Assembly (NCBI GenBank): GCA_947632285.1
Contig: CANROT010000003.1
Coordinates: 1-39,448 of the forward strand
Source of the DNA: an uncultured Clostridia bacterium
GTDB lineage: Bacteria > Bacillota > Clostridia > Oscillospirales > CAG-272
DNA length: 39,448 bases
Direction of reading: 5' to 3'
A model generated the notes under the pieces. That model did not search any database. It worked only from the letters and a program-made list of their open reading frames with translations, and was not told where the DNA came from. A program made the position numbers and the translations under genes. Of the stretch, positions 16,170-25,306 are shown in pieces (the stretch's first letter is position 1; each line of letters opens with the position of its first letter).

Positions 16170-17153
16170 GTGAAGGATATTCGCCTCGGCAAAGCCGTGA
16201 TACCGAACGGCGTGATGCTCGCGCCGATGGCGGGCGCGTCCGACTATGCGATGCGGACCGTGTGCAGGGCACACGGCGCGGGATATGCCGTCACCGAGAT
16301 GGTGTCGGCAAAGGCGATGATGTACGGCGACAGAAAAACGGCGGCGCTCGCCGCCGTCCGCGACGGGGACGGGCCGCTCGCGGTACAGATCTTCGGCCAC
16401 GACCCCGAAACGATGGCGAGGGCGGCGGGCGAGCTTGCAGCGTCGGCGAACGCTCCTGCGGCGATAGACATAAATATGGGCTGCCCCGCGCCGAAAATAG
16501 TTAAAAACGGAGACGGTGCGGCGCTGATGAAGGATACGGCGCTCATCGGCAGGATCGTTTCGGCGTGCGTCCGCGCGGCGGAGCCGTGCGGCGTCCCCGT
16601 CACGGTGAAGCTGCGCGCCGGGTGGAACGAGTGCAGGAACGCGCCGGAGGCGGCGAGGGCGGCGGAGGCGGCGGGCGCCGCGCTCATCGTCATACACGGC
16701 AGGACGAGGGAGCAGATGTATGCCCCGCCGGTCGACCTGGCCGTGATAGCGGACGTAAAGCGCGCGGTCGGTGTCCCCGTCGTCGGTAACGGGGACATAG
16801 TCTCCGCCGCAGACGCCGCAAGAATGATCGACGCCACGGGGTGCGACGGGGTCGCGATAGGGCGCGGCGCGCTCGGAAATCCGTGGATATTCGAGGAGAT
16901 CGGTGCTTTTGCGCGCAATGAGGAGTACACGATGCCGACGGTGCGGGAGAGGTGCCTCACCGCCATATCGCACGCGCGGCTGCTCGTCGCGGACAAGGGC
17001 GAGCGCGTCGGCGTGTTTGAGGCGAGAAAGCACTTTGCGTGGTATATACACGGCATCGAGGGCGCGCCCGCGTGCCGCGACCGCATCATGCGCTCCGCGA
17101 CGCTCGCCGATATGGAGACGGCCGTCCTCGAGCTCGCGGAAAGGTACGAATGA
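16170..17153 (+). CDS. dusB: tRNA-dihydrouridine synthase B
   Basis: LAPMAG, TEMVSAKA, IDINMGCP, IHGRT, GNGDI and GRGALGNPW motifs; GTG start after GGGAGGG. Confidence 0.93.
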   Translation: MKDIRLGKAVIPNGVMLAPMAGASDYAMRTVCRAHGAGYAVTEMVSAKAMMYGDRKTAALAAVRDGDGPLAVQIFGHDPETMARAAGELAASANAPAAIDINMGCPAPKIVKNGDGAALMKDTALIGRIVSACVRAAEPCGVPVTVKLRAGWNECRNAPEAARAAEAAGAALIVIHGRTREQMYAPPVDLAVIADVKRAVGVPVVGNGDIVSAADAARMIDATGCDGVAIGRGALGNPWIFEEIGAFARNEEYTMPTVRERCLTAISHARLLVADKGERVGVFEARKHFAWYIHGIEGAPACRDRIMRSATLADMETAVLELAERYE

Positions 17154-17215
17154 GCTGTGATTTAAAGCCGCAGACCGCGGCAAAAAATAAAAACAACAGG
17201 AAAGTGAGGCAAACA

Positions 17216-19876
17216 ATGAAACACGGACTGCCGAAGCTCTTATCGCTCGTATTGGCGCTCGTCTTTGTTTTCGCGGTTATGCCGCTGACCGTTTCGGCGG
17301 ACGACGAAAATGACGAGGACATCGTCTATCATGTCCGCCCGGTCGTGAACTCGGACGGGGTGACGGTCATCTCCGCGGAGAAGTACCACGCGGCGGAGAG
17401 CGAGCATTTTCAGCTCTTGTGGGGCGACCAGAACAACTCATATATCACCGACGACTGGATCGCGGCGATATTCGATATGTATGAGGCGTGCTGGAAGCTC
17501 TATATCGACGATCTCGGTATGCAGCCGCCGTCGCTCTGTACGTACAGGAACGGCGACCAGAAGACGCACTACAAGGTGAACATTGTCGTCTGGGGCACGG
17601 GGCTGCCCGGCTACCACAACGCCGCCGACCCGAACGAGTGGGCGGCATACGGCGGCATCGACTACGAGGGCTACGGCTACATGATGTGCAGCCGCAGCGC
17701 GATGGAGTCGAATTCATGGGCGCTGCCGCACGAATTCGGCCATGTGACGCACTTTGCGCAGGGGTACAACAGCTGGGCGTCCGGCAATTACCTCGGCCCG
17801 TGGTACGAGGCGATCGGCAACTGGTTCCGCGAGCAGTACCTTTACAGCGATTACTATACGGCGGGCGGCACCCGGACGGATTTTTCGTATCTCATCATGC
17901 GCGCCTCGAGCCTGACGGCGGCGAACGGACGCGCGTACTACGAGGCGTGGCCTATACTCCAGTACCTGACCGAAAACCCGGACGGGCTTGACGGGTACGG
18001 CCCCGATTTTGTCGCGAAGCTGTTGCAGAACGGCAGCTCGAGCGGCTACATATATACGATGATCGCCGAGCACGCCGACGCAAAACTCGAGGATATGCTC
18101 GGATATTTCGCCGCGCACATGGCGACGCTCGATTTTGAGCATCAGAAAAACTATATGGCGAATATGCAGAACGCGGTAAACGACCAGGACTTCTTCTGGC
18201 AGCAGTTCTACACGACGCTCGAGGCGACCCCCGGGTCGGAGCACACATACGCCGTCCCGACGGAGCGCGCGCCGCAGCAGGCTTCATACGTCGTCGCGCC
18301 GCTGAAGGCTGACGGCGACACGTTGTCTGTGACGCTGCGCGGAATGACGGACGCCCCCGGGGCTGCGTGGCGCGCCTGCGTCGTGGCGGTCAAAAAAAGC
18401 GGGACGGAGTATTCGGAGCTGTTCGGTGACGGGGACACGATAAAGGTAGACGTGTCCGGCGCGAAAGAGGTGTATCTGACCGTCGCGGCGACGCCGGCGA
18501 TCGACAAATACGTGAAATACGCCGCGTTCCAGTCGGAAAACGACGTTCCCTTCGGCACAAAGCCGCGATATCCGTTCTGCGTGGAGCTTGACGGTGCGGA
18601 GCCGAAGGTGCGCGAGATCGCGAACGGCGGCGCGGGCGCCCCGCACCCGAACGGCGGCGGATTCGTCGCCAAGACCGCAAAAGTCAGCGAGAGCGTGTAC
18701 GTCGGCCCGGACGCGAAGGTGCTCGGGAATGCGGTCGTTACCGGAAATGCAAGGATCGAGGATCACGCGGTCGTCATGGGCTCCGCGAGGGTGTCCGACA
18801 ACGCCGTCATAGACGGCTGCGCCGTCGTGGCGGGCAGCGCCGTCGTCGGCAAGGACGCCTATGTCGGGGACAGCGCCGTTGTGACCCGAAATGCGAGCGT
18901 TTACGGGCACGCACGGGTCATCGAATCGGCATATGTTGCCGGAAACTACAAGGTCTATGAAAACGCGACCGCGAAGGGGCTCGCGCTCTGCCTCGGCGGC
19001 GGGGCGCTCAAGGGCGACGCCGTCGCGGACGGGGATTTCTTCGAGGACGGCGGGCTGACGATCGGGTCCGGCACCGCGTTCGGCTATTTTCCGTCGCTCG
19101 GCGACAGCAGCGCGCAGAACGCGTACATAAACAAGCTCCGCAAGACAGACGGACTTATACTCGGCTATACGTTTGACAAAGGGGACAACGAATTTTTGAC
19201 AAACCCGCAGTACGGCTCGACATACGCGGCGGTCAACGGCGCGAGATGGGAGCGCGGCGGCGTCGAGACCGCGATGGGGTATTACAATTTCACCGCTGAG
19301 GACAGCATCACGCTCGACGGGCAGGCGCTGTCGTCAAACGAGCTGCAAATATTCCTTTCCGCGATGCTGAAAAAGAACGGCGGCAGCCTTCTGTCATTTG
19401 AAGGGAGAAACGGTTCGCTTTCGCTCACGTCTGACGAGGAGGGTAAGCTCACCTTCGAGCTGGAGGTCGAGGGCGAAAAAGTGACGCTCACAACGAAGTC
19501 CGCCGTCCCGGTCGATGAGTTCACAAACATTTACGTCACGTTCGCGGACGGAGCGGCGGCGCTGACCGTGGGCGATATTACGCACGACGTCGTGAAGACG
19601 GACATCTGCCCTCGCGACATCGGCGCGACATACGGTACGCTGGGCGGCGGATTCAAGGGGGCCGTCGACCTGGTGAGGTTCTACCGCAATAACGCGGAAA
19701 ACGTAGAGATGGAGGTCAACGTGCCGGCGGCGGAGCCCGAGGAAACGGAGCTGACGACGGAGACCGCCCCCGCCGAAGACGGCGGCGGATGCGGCTCCGC
19801 GGTAGGAGGCATCGGCATGTTGTACATCGCGGCAGCCCTCTCGGCCGCAGTATGGCTCGGAAAGAAGGAGCGGTAA
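17216..19876 (+). CDS. Secreted Svx/AvrXca-like (DUF6055) gluzincin metalloprotease + hexapeptide beta-helix + LamG-like domain + Cys-containing C-terminal anchor
   Basis: Signal peptide; HEFGH...WYE; HPNGGGFVA...VYVGPDAKV hexapeptide repeats; tail GGGCGS-TM-KKER. Confidence 0.78.
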   Translation: MKHGLPKLLSLVLALVFVFAVMPLTVSADDENDEDIVYHVRPVVNSDGVTVISAEKYHAAESEHFQLLWGDQNNSYITDDWIAAIFDMYEACWKLYIDDLGMQPPSLCTYRNGDQKTHYKVNIVVWGTGLPGYHNAADPNEWAAYGGIDYEGYGYMMCSRSAMESNSWALPHEFGHVTHFAQGYNSWASGNYLGPWYEAIGNWFREQYLYSDYYTAGGTRTDFSYLIMRASSLTAANGRAYYEAWPILQYLTENPDGLDGYGPDFVAKLLQNGSSSGYIYTMIAEHADAKLEDMLGYFAAHMATLDFEHQKNYMANMQNAVNDQDFFWQQFYTTLEATPGSEHTYAVPTERAPQQASYVVAPLKADGDTLSVTLRGMTDAPGAAWRACVVAVKKSGTEYSELFGDGDTIKVDVSGAKEVYLTVAATPAIDKYVKYAAFQSENDVPFGTKPRYPFCVELDGAEPKVREIANGGAGAPHPNGGGFVAKTAKVSESVYVGPDAKVLGNAVVTGNARIEDHAVVMGSARVSDNAVIDGCAVVAGSAVVGKDAYVGDSAVVTRNASVYGHARVIESAYVAGNYKVYENATAKGLALCLGGGALKGDAVADGDFFEDGGLTIGSGTAFGYFPSLGDSSAQNAYINKLRKTDGLILGYTFDKGDNEFLTNPQYGSTYAAVNGARWERGGVETAMGYYNFTAEDSITLDGQALSSNELQIFLSAMLKKNGGSLLSFEGRNGSLSLTSDEEGKLTFELEVEGEKVTLTTKSAVPVDEFTNIYVTFADGAAALTVGDITHDVVKTDICPRDIGATYGTLGGGFKGAVDLVRFYRNNAENVEMEVNVPAAEPEETELTTETAPAEDGGGCGSAVGGIGMLYIAAALSAAVWLGKKER

Positions 19877-19917
19877 TCGCGCGCAGCCGATCCCGATGCG
19901 GCGGCGAAGCAAAACTT

Positions 19918-19955
19918 TACCCCCGGCAAGGTGCATGGGCACCTTGCCGGGGGTA
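19918..19955. terminator. Bidirectional terminator between convergent genes
   Basis: 17-bp stem TACCCCCGGCAAGGTGC / GCACCTTGCCGGGGGTA. Confidence 0.75.
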
Positions 19956-20003
19956 TTGTTGTGCGCTCGGCCAACCGACCGAGCGGGGGCGGAGTTATAT
20001 TTT

Positions 20004-20333
20004 TTACCGTTTTTTCACTCTGCCGCCCGTATTCATAAAGATGACCCCGCCGACGCACACGAGGACGATGAGTCCGACGCTGAGCCACAAAAGCATCATC
20101 TTATGAAACAGAAACGCAGCGACGGCGAAAAGAGAGCACGCCGCGCACAGAAACATAATTATGCTCATGTATTTAAAGAGCTTTTTTTCGTCATATTGTT
20201 TCTTTCGGTACAGCGGCGCGGTGTTATATCCGGCGATGAGAAAGCCGCCCTTTCCGGTGCGGAAAACGACGCCGAGTATAACGAACAGCACGGTGAAAAA
20301 AGCAAATATGGCAGCAGGCATATCCGTCCTCAC
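20004..20333 (-). CDS. Small 3-TM membrane protein (DUF3784-like)
   Basis: GKGGFLIAGYNT...YDEKKL motif. Confidence 0.8.
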   Translation of the reverse strand: MRTDMPAAIFAFFTVLFVILGVVFRTGKGGFLIAGYNTAPLYRKKQYDEKKLFKYMSIIMFLCAACSLFAVAAFLFHKMMLLWLSVGLIVLVCVGGVIFMNTGGRVKKR

Positions 20334-20791
20334 CTCCCGCAGATGCTGTCCAGAAGTCCGCGGCAGCCCTCGGATATATCGCGGTACGCGGTGTCAAAGT
20401 CGCCGGTGTACCACGGGTCGTCGATGTCCTCGCCCCGCCTCTCCGTAAAGTCGAGCAGCTTTTTAACTTTGCCGTCCGGGTCGCCGCCGGTTATGCGGAG
20501 GATGTTCGAAATATTGTACCTGTCCATGCCTATGATGAGGTCGAAGTCGTCGTAATCCCGCCGTGTGAGCTGCCGCGCCGCCCTGCGCTCAAACGGGATG
20601 CCCTCGCGGCGCAGCTTTGATTTTGTGCCGTAGTGGATGTCGTTCCCAATCTCCTCGGTGCTCGTCGCCGCGGATTCGATGTGAAATTCGCCGCCGCGCT
20701 TTTTCACCATGTCCTTGAGCACGAATTCCGCCATCGGAGAGCGGCATATATTCCCGTGGCAGACAAAAATTATCCGGTTTTCGGTTTTCAT
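20330..20791 (-). CDS. Low-molecular-weight protein-tyrosine phosphatase
   Basis: VCHGNICRSP P-loop and DPWY motif. Confidence 0.95.
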   Translation of the reverse strand: MKTENRIIFVCHGNICRSPMAEFVLKDMVKKRGGEFHIESAATSTEEIGNDIHYGTKSKLRREGIPFERRAARQLTRRDYDDFDLIIGMDRYNISNILRITGGDPDGKVKKLLDFTERRGEDIDDPWYTGDFDTAYRDISEGCRGLLDSICGR

Positions 20792-20881
20792 AGCGTTAAG
20801 GTCCGTTTCAAAATGTCAAATTACCCGCACGAGCGGGTCGGGGGAGGCCCCGGATGACGGAGTCTCCCTTCCCGCATACAG

Positions 20882-21085
20882 CTATTCGATGTCGAGCTCC
20901 GGCGGGACGTCGAGCTCGTCGGAGACGTATTTGCCGTTCTTCTTGCGCTGGCGGACGCACTCGGTCAAAAGGTATTCGATCTGCCCGTTGACGGAGCGGA
21001 AATCGTCCTCCGCCCACGCGGCGATAGCGGCATAGAGCTTCGGTGACAGACGCAGCGGGACCTGTTTTTTCTCGTTGTCCGCCAT
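20882..21085 (-). CDS. Arc-like ribbon-helix-helix DNA-binding protein
   Basis: [34 protein letters not shown]; 1 bp from the SPFH stop. Confidence 0.82.
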   Translation of the reverse strand: MADNEKKQVPLRLSPKLYAAIAAWAEDDFRSVNGQIEYLLTECVRQRKKNGKYVSDELDVPPELDIE

Positions 21086-21086
21086 G

Positions 21087-22124
21087 TCAATACAGGCTGC
21101 CGGAATTCACGACGGGCTGTGCGTCGTGGTTCCCGCAGAGGACGACGAGCAGGTTCGAGACCATCGCGGCCTTGCGCTCCTCGTCGAGCGTCACGGTCCC
21201 CTTTTCGTCGAGGCGTTCGAGCGCCATTTCGACCATGCCGACGGCGCCGTCGACGATCATCTTGCGTGCGTCAATGATGGCGGACGCCTGCTGGCGCTGG
21301 AGCATAACGGCGGCGATCTCGGTCGCGTATGCGAGATATGTGATGCGCGCCTCGATTATCTCGATCCCCGCCTCGTCGACGCGCGCCTGTATCTCGTCGC
21401 GTATGCGGGAGGCGACGAGCTCGGAGGAGCCGCGCAGGCTGCCGTCGTCCGCGATGCCGTCGCCGGTCGTGTCCACGTTCGGCGCGACGTCATAGGGGTA
21501 GAGGCGGACGATGTTGCGCAGCGCGCTGTCGCACTGGAGGGAAAGGAATTCCTTGTAGTTGTCGACGTTGAAGACCGCCTTCGCGGTGTCAACGATGCGC
21601 CACGTCACGGCGATTCCGATCTCGATTGGGTTGCCGAGGCAGTCGTTGATCTTCTGGCGGCTGTTGTTCAGCGTCATGATCTTGAGCGACAGCTTTTTCG
21701 AGACGGGCTCCGCCTGCGTTGAGGAGGTGCCGTTCGTTGTTACGACGGTCGCGATGGACGAAACGTCGCCGGACTGGTTCAGCTTTGTCTTTGCCGCCGG
21801 GTTGACGGAGACGCAGAACGGATTGATGGCGTAAAAGCCGTTGCCCTTGAGCGTGCCGATATATTTGCCGAACAGCGTCAGCACGAGCGCCTCATTCGGG
21901 GCGAGAATGCGCAGCCCGCAGAGCGGGATCCATGCGAAAGAAAAAACGAGCAGCGAGACGACGAGAAGCGCGGTCGAGGCGGCGTCCGTAGTGCCGCTCT
22001 CCTCCGCCGCGTCAAGTCCGATGCCGCCGAAAATGACCCCGGCGATGGCGGCGAGCGTGATCACGATGCAGACGATGAGCGTTGCCATGCCGTGCTTTTT
22101 GTTTGAAAGAACGATCTCATTCAT
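21087..22124 (-). CDS. SPFH/band-7 domain membrane protein
   Basis: Two N-terminal TMs; [29 protein letters not shown] and [10 protein letters not shown] motifs. Confidence 0.92.
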   Translation of the reverse strand: MNEIVLSNKKHGMATLIVCIVITLAAIAGVIFGGIGLDAAEESGTTDAASTALLVVSLLVFSFAWIPLCGLRILAPNEALVLTLFGKYIGTLKGNGFYAINPFCVSVNPAAKTKLNQSGDVSSIATVVTTNGTSSTQAEPVSKKLSLKIMTLNNSRQKINDCLGNPIEIGIAVTWRIVDTAKAVFNVDNYKEFLSLQCDSALRNIVRLYPYDVAPNVDTTGDGIADDGSLRGSSELVASRIRDEIQARVDEAGIEIIEARITYLAYATEIAAVMLQRQQASAIIDARKMIVDGAVGMVEMALERLDEKGTVTLDEERKAAMVSNLLVVLCGNHDAQPVVNSGSLY

Positions 22125-22143
22125 GATTATTACCTCTCATATT

Positions 22144-22186
22144 CTTGTGATATCATAATGATATCACAAGCGCGCCCGCTTGTCAA
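22144..22186 (-). promoter_or_regulatory. sigmaA promoter with overlapping perfect 27-bp palindromic operator
   Basis: TTGACA-17bp-TATCAT; CTTGTGATATCAT-A-ATGATATCACAAG (22144-22170) covers the -10. Confidence 0.75.
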
Positions 22187-22212
22187 TACTTGGCGAAGAA
22201 TTTTTTTGCGGC

Positions 22213-22248
22213 AAAAAAGCTCGCGGGGAGAAAAATCTCCCCGCGAGC
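22213..22248 (-). terminator. Intrinsic terminator of trkAH
   Basis: 12-bp stem GCTCGCGGGGAG/CTCCCCGCGAGC plus T6 on the minus strand. Confidence 0.8.
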
Positions 22249-22262
22249 ACGGCACCGTATTT

Positions 22263-23717
22263 TTATTTCCTTCCGTTCCACGTGGACGGGACGAAGAGCA
22301 GGAGCACCGGGAAGATGCCGAGCCTTCCGAGCAGCATATCGAACGCGAGCAGGAGCTTTCCGACGGGCGAATAGCACGTATACGCCATCGCCGGGCCGAC
22401 GAGGCCGAAGCCGGGCCCGACATTGTTTATGCACGCGAGCACGGCGCTCAGGTTCGTCTCTAAGTCGCAGCCCTCGATCGAGAGCAGCAGCGTCGAGAGC
22501 GAGACGAGGATCATGTAGACGAAGAAGAACACGCCGCAGCGCGCGAGCGTGCTGCGCTCGACGACCTCGCCGTCCATCTCGATAGTCGGGACCGCGTGCG
22601 GGTGCAGGAGCTTTTTGATCTCGTTGCGGAACGCCTTCCACATTATGACGAGGCGCGTGACCTTGACGCCGCCGCCGGTCGAGCCGGCGCAGGCGCCGAC
22701 GACCATCAGAATGAGCAGCACCACGTGCGAAAATTCGGGCCACGGCTCGTAATCGAGCGTTGTGCCGCCGGTCGTTGTGATTATCGAGACGACCTGGAAG
22801 AATGCGTGATGAAACGCGACCTTTGCGGAGTCAAAAAATTTCAGCACGTTGACGGTCACGGCGGCGACGGAGACGCCGACTATCGCGAGATACGCGCGCA
22901 GCTCGCTGTTTTTGAAGACGCGGCGGAACTCGCCTATGAGAATGAGGAAATATATGTTGAAGTTGACGCCGAACAGCAGCATGAAGACGGCGAGCGTCGT
23001 CTGGCAGAACGGGCTATAAGAGGCGAAGCTGTCGTTTTTGATGGAAAATCCGCCCGTTCCCGCCGTGCTGAACGACGCGGTCACCGCGTCAAAGACGGGC
23101 ATTCCGCCGCAGATAAGGATAATGATCTGCAAAACCGTCAGCCCGAGGTAGATCGAATAAAGTATGCGCGCGGTCAGGTGGAGCTTGGGCGCGAGCTTCC
23201 CCGCCGTCGGCGTCGGGCTCTCGGCGCGCATTATCTGGAACGACATGCCGTTCCCGCGCCCGTCCGGTCCGAGCGCGAGCAGGAAGATGAGCACGCCCAT
23301 GCCGCCGAGCCAGTGAGTGAACGAGCGCCAGTATAAGACGCTCATCGGCAGCGACTCGATGTCGGTGAGTATCGTCGCGCCCGTCGTCGTAAAGCCGGAA
23401 ACCGTTTCGAACACCGCGTCTATGAACGACGGTATCGCGCCCGACAGCGTCATCGGGAGCGCGCCGAAAAGCGAGATCGCGACCCACGAGAGCGCAACGA
23501 TGACGCAGCCCTCGCGCGAGAAAATGTTCCGGTTCTTCGGCTTAAAGCAGAATATCAGCAAGAGCCCGGCGCCTGCCGCCACGGCGATCGAGACGGCGAA
23601 CGCGACGGCGGACGTCAGCCCGTCCGCGAATATCGCCATTATGAGCGACGGCAGCATCGTCGCCGATTCGAGCAGCAGGATCCGCCCAAGATAGTTTGAG
23701 ACGATCTTGTAATTCAA
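22263..23717 (-). CDS. trkH: Trk potassium uptake membrane subunit
   Basis: FETVSGFTTTG, WLGGMG, GSTGGGVK and NNVGPG pore motifs. Confidence 0.95.
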   Translation of the reverse strand: MNYKIVSNYLGRILLLESATMLPSLIMAIFADGLTSAVAFAVSIAVAAGAGLLLIFCFKPKNRNIFSREGCVIVALSWVAISLFGALPMTLSGAIPSFIDAVFETVSGFTTTGATILTDIESLPMSVLYWRSFTHWLGGMGVLIFLLALGPDGRGNGMSFQIMRAESPTPTAGKLAPKLHLTARILYSIYLGLTVLQIIILICGGMPVFDAVTASFSTAGTGGFSIKNDSFASYSPFCQTTLAVFMLLFGVNFNIYFLILIGEFRRVFKNSELRAYLAIVGVSVAAVTVNVLKFFDSAKVAFHHAFFQVVSIITTTGGTTLDYEPWPEFSHVVLLILMVVGACAGSTGGGVKVTRLVIMWKAFRNEIKKLLHPHAVPTIEMDGEVVERSTLARCGVFFFVYMILVSLSTLLLSIEGCDLETNLSAVLACINNVGPGFGLVGPAMAYTCYSPVGKLLLAFDMLLGRLGIFPVLLLFVPSTWNGRK

Positions 23718-23729
23718 GGCACGCCCCCC

Positions 23730-25106
23730 TTAGTTCCTGACGGCGTCGCGTTCAAAGATGTCGCGCAGGTCCCCGACGGTGCGGTCCGCCGTCGTGACGA
23801 CGATGACGGTGTCGCCCGGGTGGAGCGTGTCGTTGCCGTTCGGAATTATGACCTGATTCGACCGCGTGATGCAGGCGATGAGAACATTTTGCTTGAAGCG
23901 GAGCCTGGAGAGCGGAATGTCGATGTGCGGCGTCGCGTCCGTGACGAGGAATTCGAGCGCCTCCGCCTTTCCGTCGACGAGGCGGTGGAGCGCGCGGATC
24001 GAGTCCTCGCCGCTGTTCGATATCGCGCGGATATAGCGAATGATCTCGTTCGCCGTCAGTTCCTTCGGGCAGACGACGGAGCCGACGTCCCGATCGGAGA
24101 ACAGGCGCAGATACTCGTTGCGGTCGATCTTCGTGACCGTTTTCTTTATGCCCATGTGGCTGCAATACATTGAAATGATGAGGTTTTCCTCGTCAACGCC
24201 CGTCAGCGTTATGACCGCGTCAAAGTTATCGACGCCCTCGGATTCGAGAAAGCCGCGCTGGGAGGCGTTTCCGTTTATGACGAGTGCTCTCGGGAATCGG
24301 AGCTGGAATTCTTCCGCGCGCGCGCGATCCTTTTCTATCACCTTGACGCTGACGCCGGAGCGCAGAAGCTCATCTGTCAGATATTCCGCGATTCTGCCGC
24401 AGCCGATGATGAGGACGCCGCGTATCTTCTGCCGCATAAGGCCGAGAGATTTTACAAGGACGGCGAGGTCGATGCGCGCCGCGGTCACCGTTATCCTGTC
24501 TCCGGCGCGCAGCGTGAAGCTGCCGTTCGGGATAGTGACCGTGTCGTCGCGCTCGACGGCGCAGATAAGGACGCGCAGGCCGAGGATCCCGGACGCCTCG
24601 TAGAGCTTTTTGCCGTCGAGCGGGCTGCCCTCGGCTATCTTCATTTCGACAAGCTCGACGCGCCCCTTGTCAAACGAGTCGCGCTTTAAAAACGACGGTA
24701 ACTGTATTATCCTGTAGATCTCGTTTGCCGCCATGTGCTCGGGGTTGACGGCCATCGCGAGCCCGAGATCGTCGCGCAGAAACTGAATGTGGCGCGAATA
24801 CTGCGGGTCGCGGACGCGCGCCATCGTGTGGCGGCAGCCGAGCTTTTTCGCGGAGAGGCAGCAGAGCAGGTTTTTCTCGTCCGCGTCGGTCATGGCGATC
24901 AGGACGTCGCCCTTTCCGGCGTCCGCGCGGCGCAGCGTGTCAATGGCAGCGCCGTTGCCCTCGATGGTGAGGACGTCGAGCGTTTCCTGCGCCTCGGTGA
25001 GCACGTCGGTGTCCGTGTCGATGAGCGTTATATTGTGGTCCTCGTATGAGAGGCGCTCGGCGATAGAAATGCCGACCTTTCCTCCGCCTACGATGATGAT
25101 GTTCAT
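23730..25106 (-). CDS. trkA: Trk potassium uptake NAD-binding subunit
   Basis: Two RCK units (IIVGGGKVG; IIGCGRIA). Confidence 0.95.
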   Translation of the reverse strand: MNIIIVGGGKVGISIAERLSYEDHNITLIDTDTDVLTEAQETLDVLTIEGNGAAIDTLRRADAGKGDVLIAMTDADEKNLLCCLSAKKLGCRHTMARVRDPQYSRHIQFLRDDLGLAMAVNPEHMAANEIYRIIQLPSFLKRDSFDKGRVELVEMKIAEGSPLDGKKLYEASGILGLRVLICAVERDDTVTIPNGSFTLRAGDRITVTAARIDLAVLVKSLGLMRQKIRGVLIIGCGRIAEYLTDELLRSGVSVKVIEKDRARAEEFQLRFPRALVINGNASQRGFLESEGVDNFDAVITLTGVDEENLIISMYCSHMGIKKTVTKIDRNEYLRLFSDRDVGSVVCPKELTANEIIRYIRAISNSGEDSIRALHRLVDGKAEALEFLVTDATPHIDIPLSRLRFKQNVLIACITRSNQVIIPNGNDTLHPGDTVIVVTTADRTVGDLRDIFERDAVRN

Positions 25107-25149
25107 ATATTTTCTCCCTCTCGGGTCGACTCCATATTTTTACGGCTAC

Positions 25150-25178
25150 ATAATAGCACAAGCGAGTGACTTTTTCAA
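25150..25178 (-). promoter_or_regulatory. Putative sigmaA promoter of trkAH
   Basis: TTGAAA-17bp-TATTAT with a TG extension. Confidence 0.55.
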
Positions 25179-25258
25179 GGGCAGTTTTGCGACTATAAAA
25201 AGATTTCCCGCGCCCGGGAATGCGGCGGGAAAGGCATAAAATATTTTTAACACGGCTT

Positions 25259-25289
25259 AAAAATAATGGGCGGTGCCGCAGCACCGCCC
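25259..25289 (-). terminator. Intrinsic terminator after the sensor kinase
   Basis: GGGCGGTGC/GCACCGCCC stem plus T-rich tail on the minus strand. Confidence 0.65.
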
Positions 25290-25306
25290 GCCAGATCAAA
25301 TATGAG

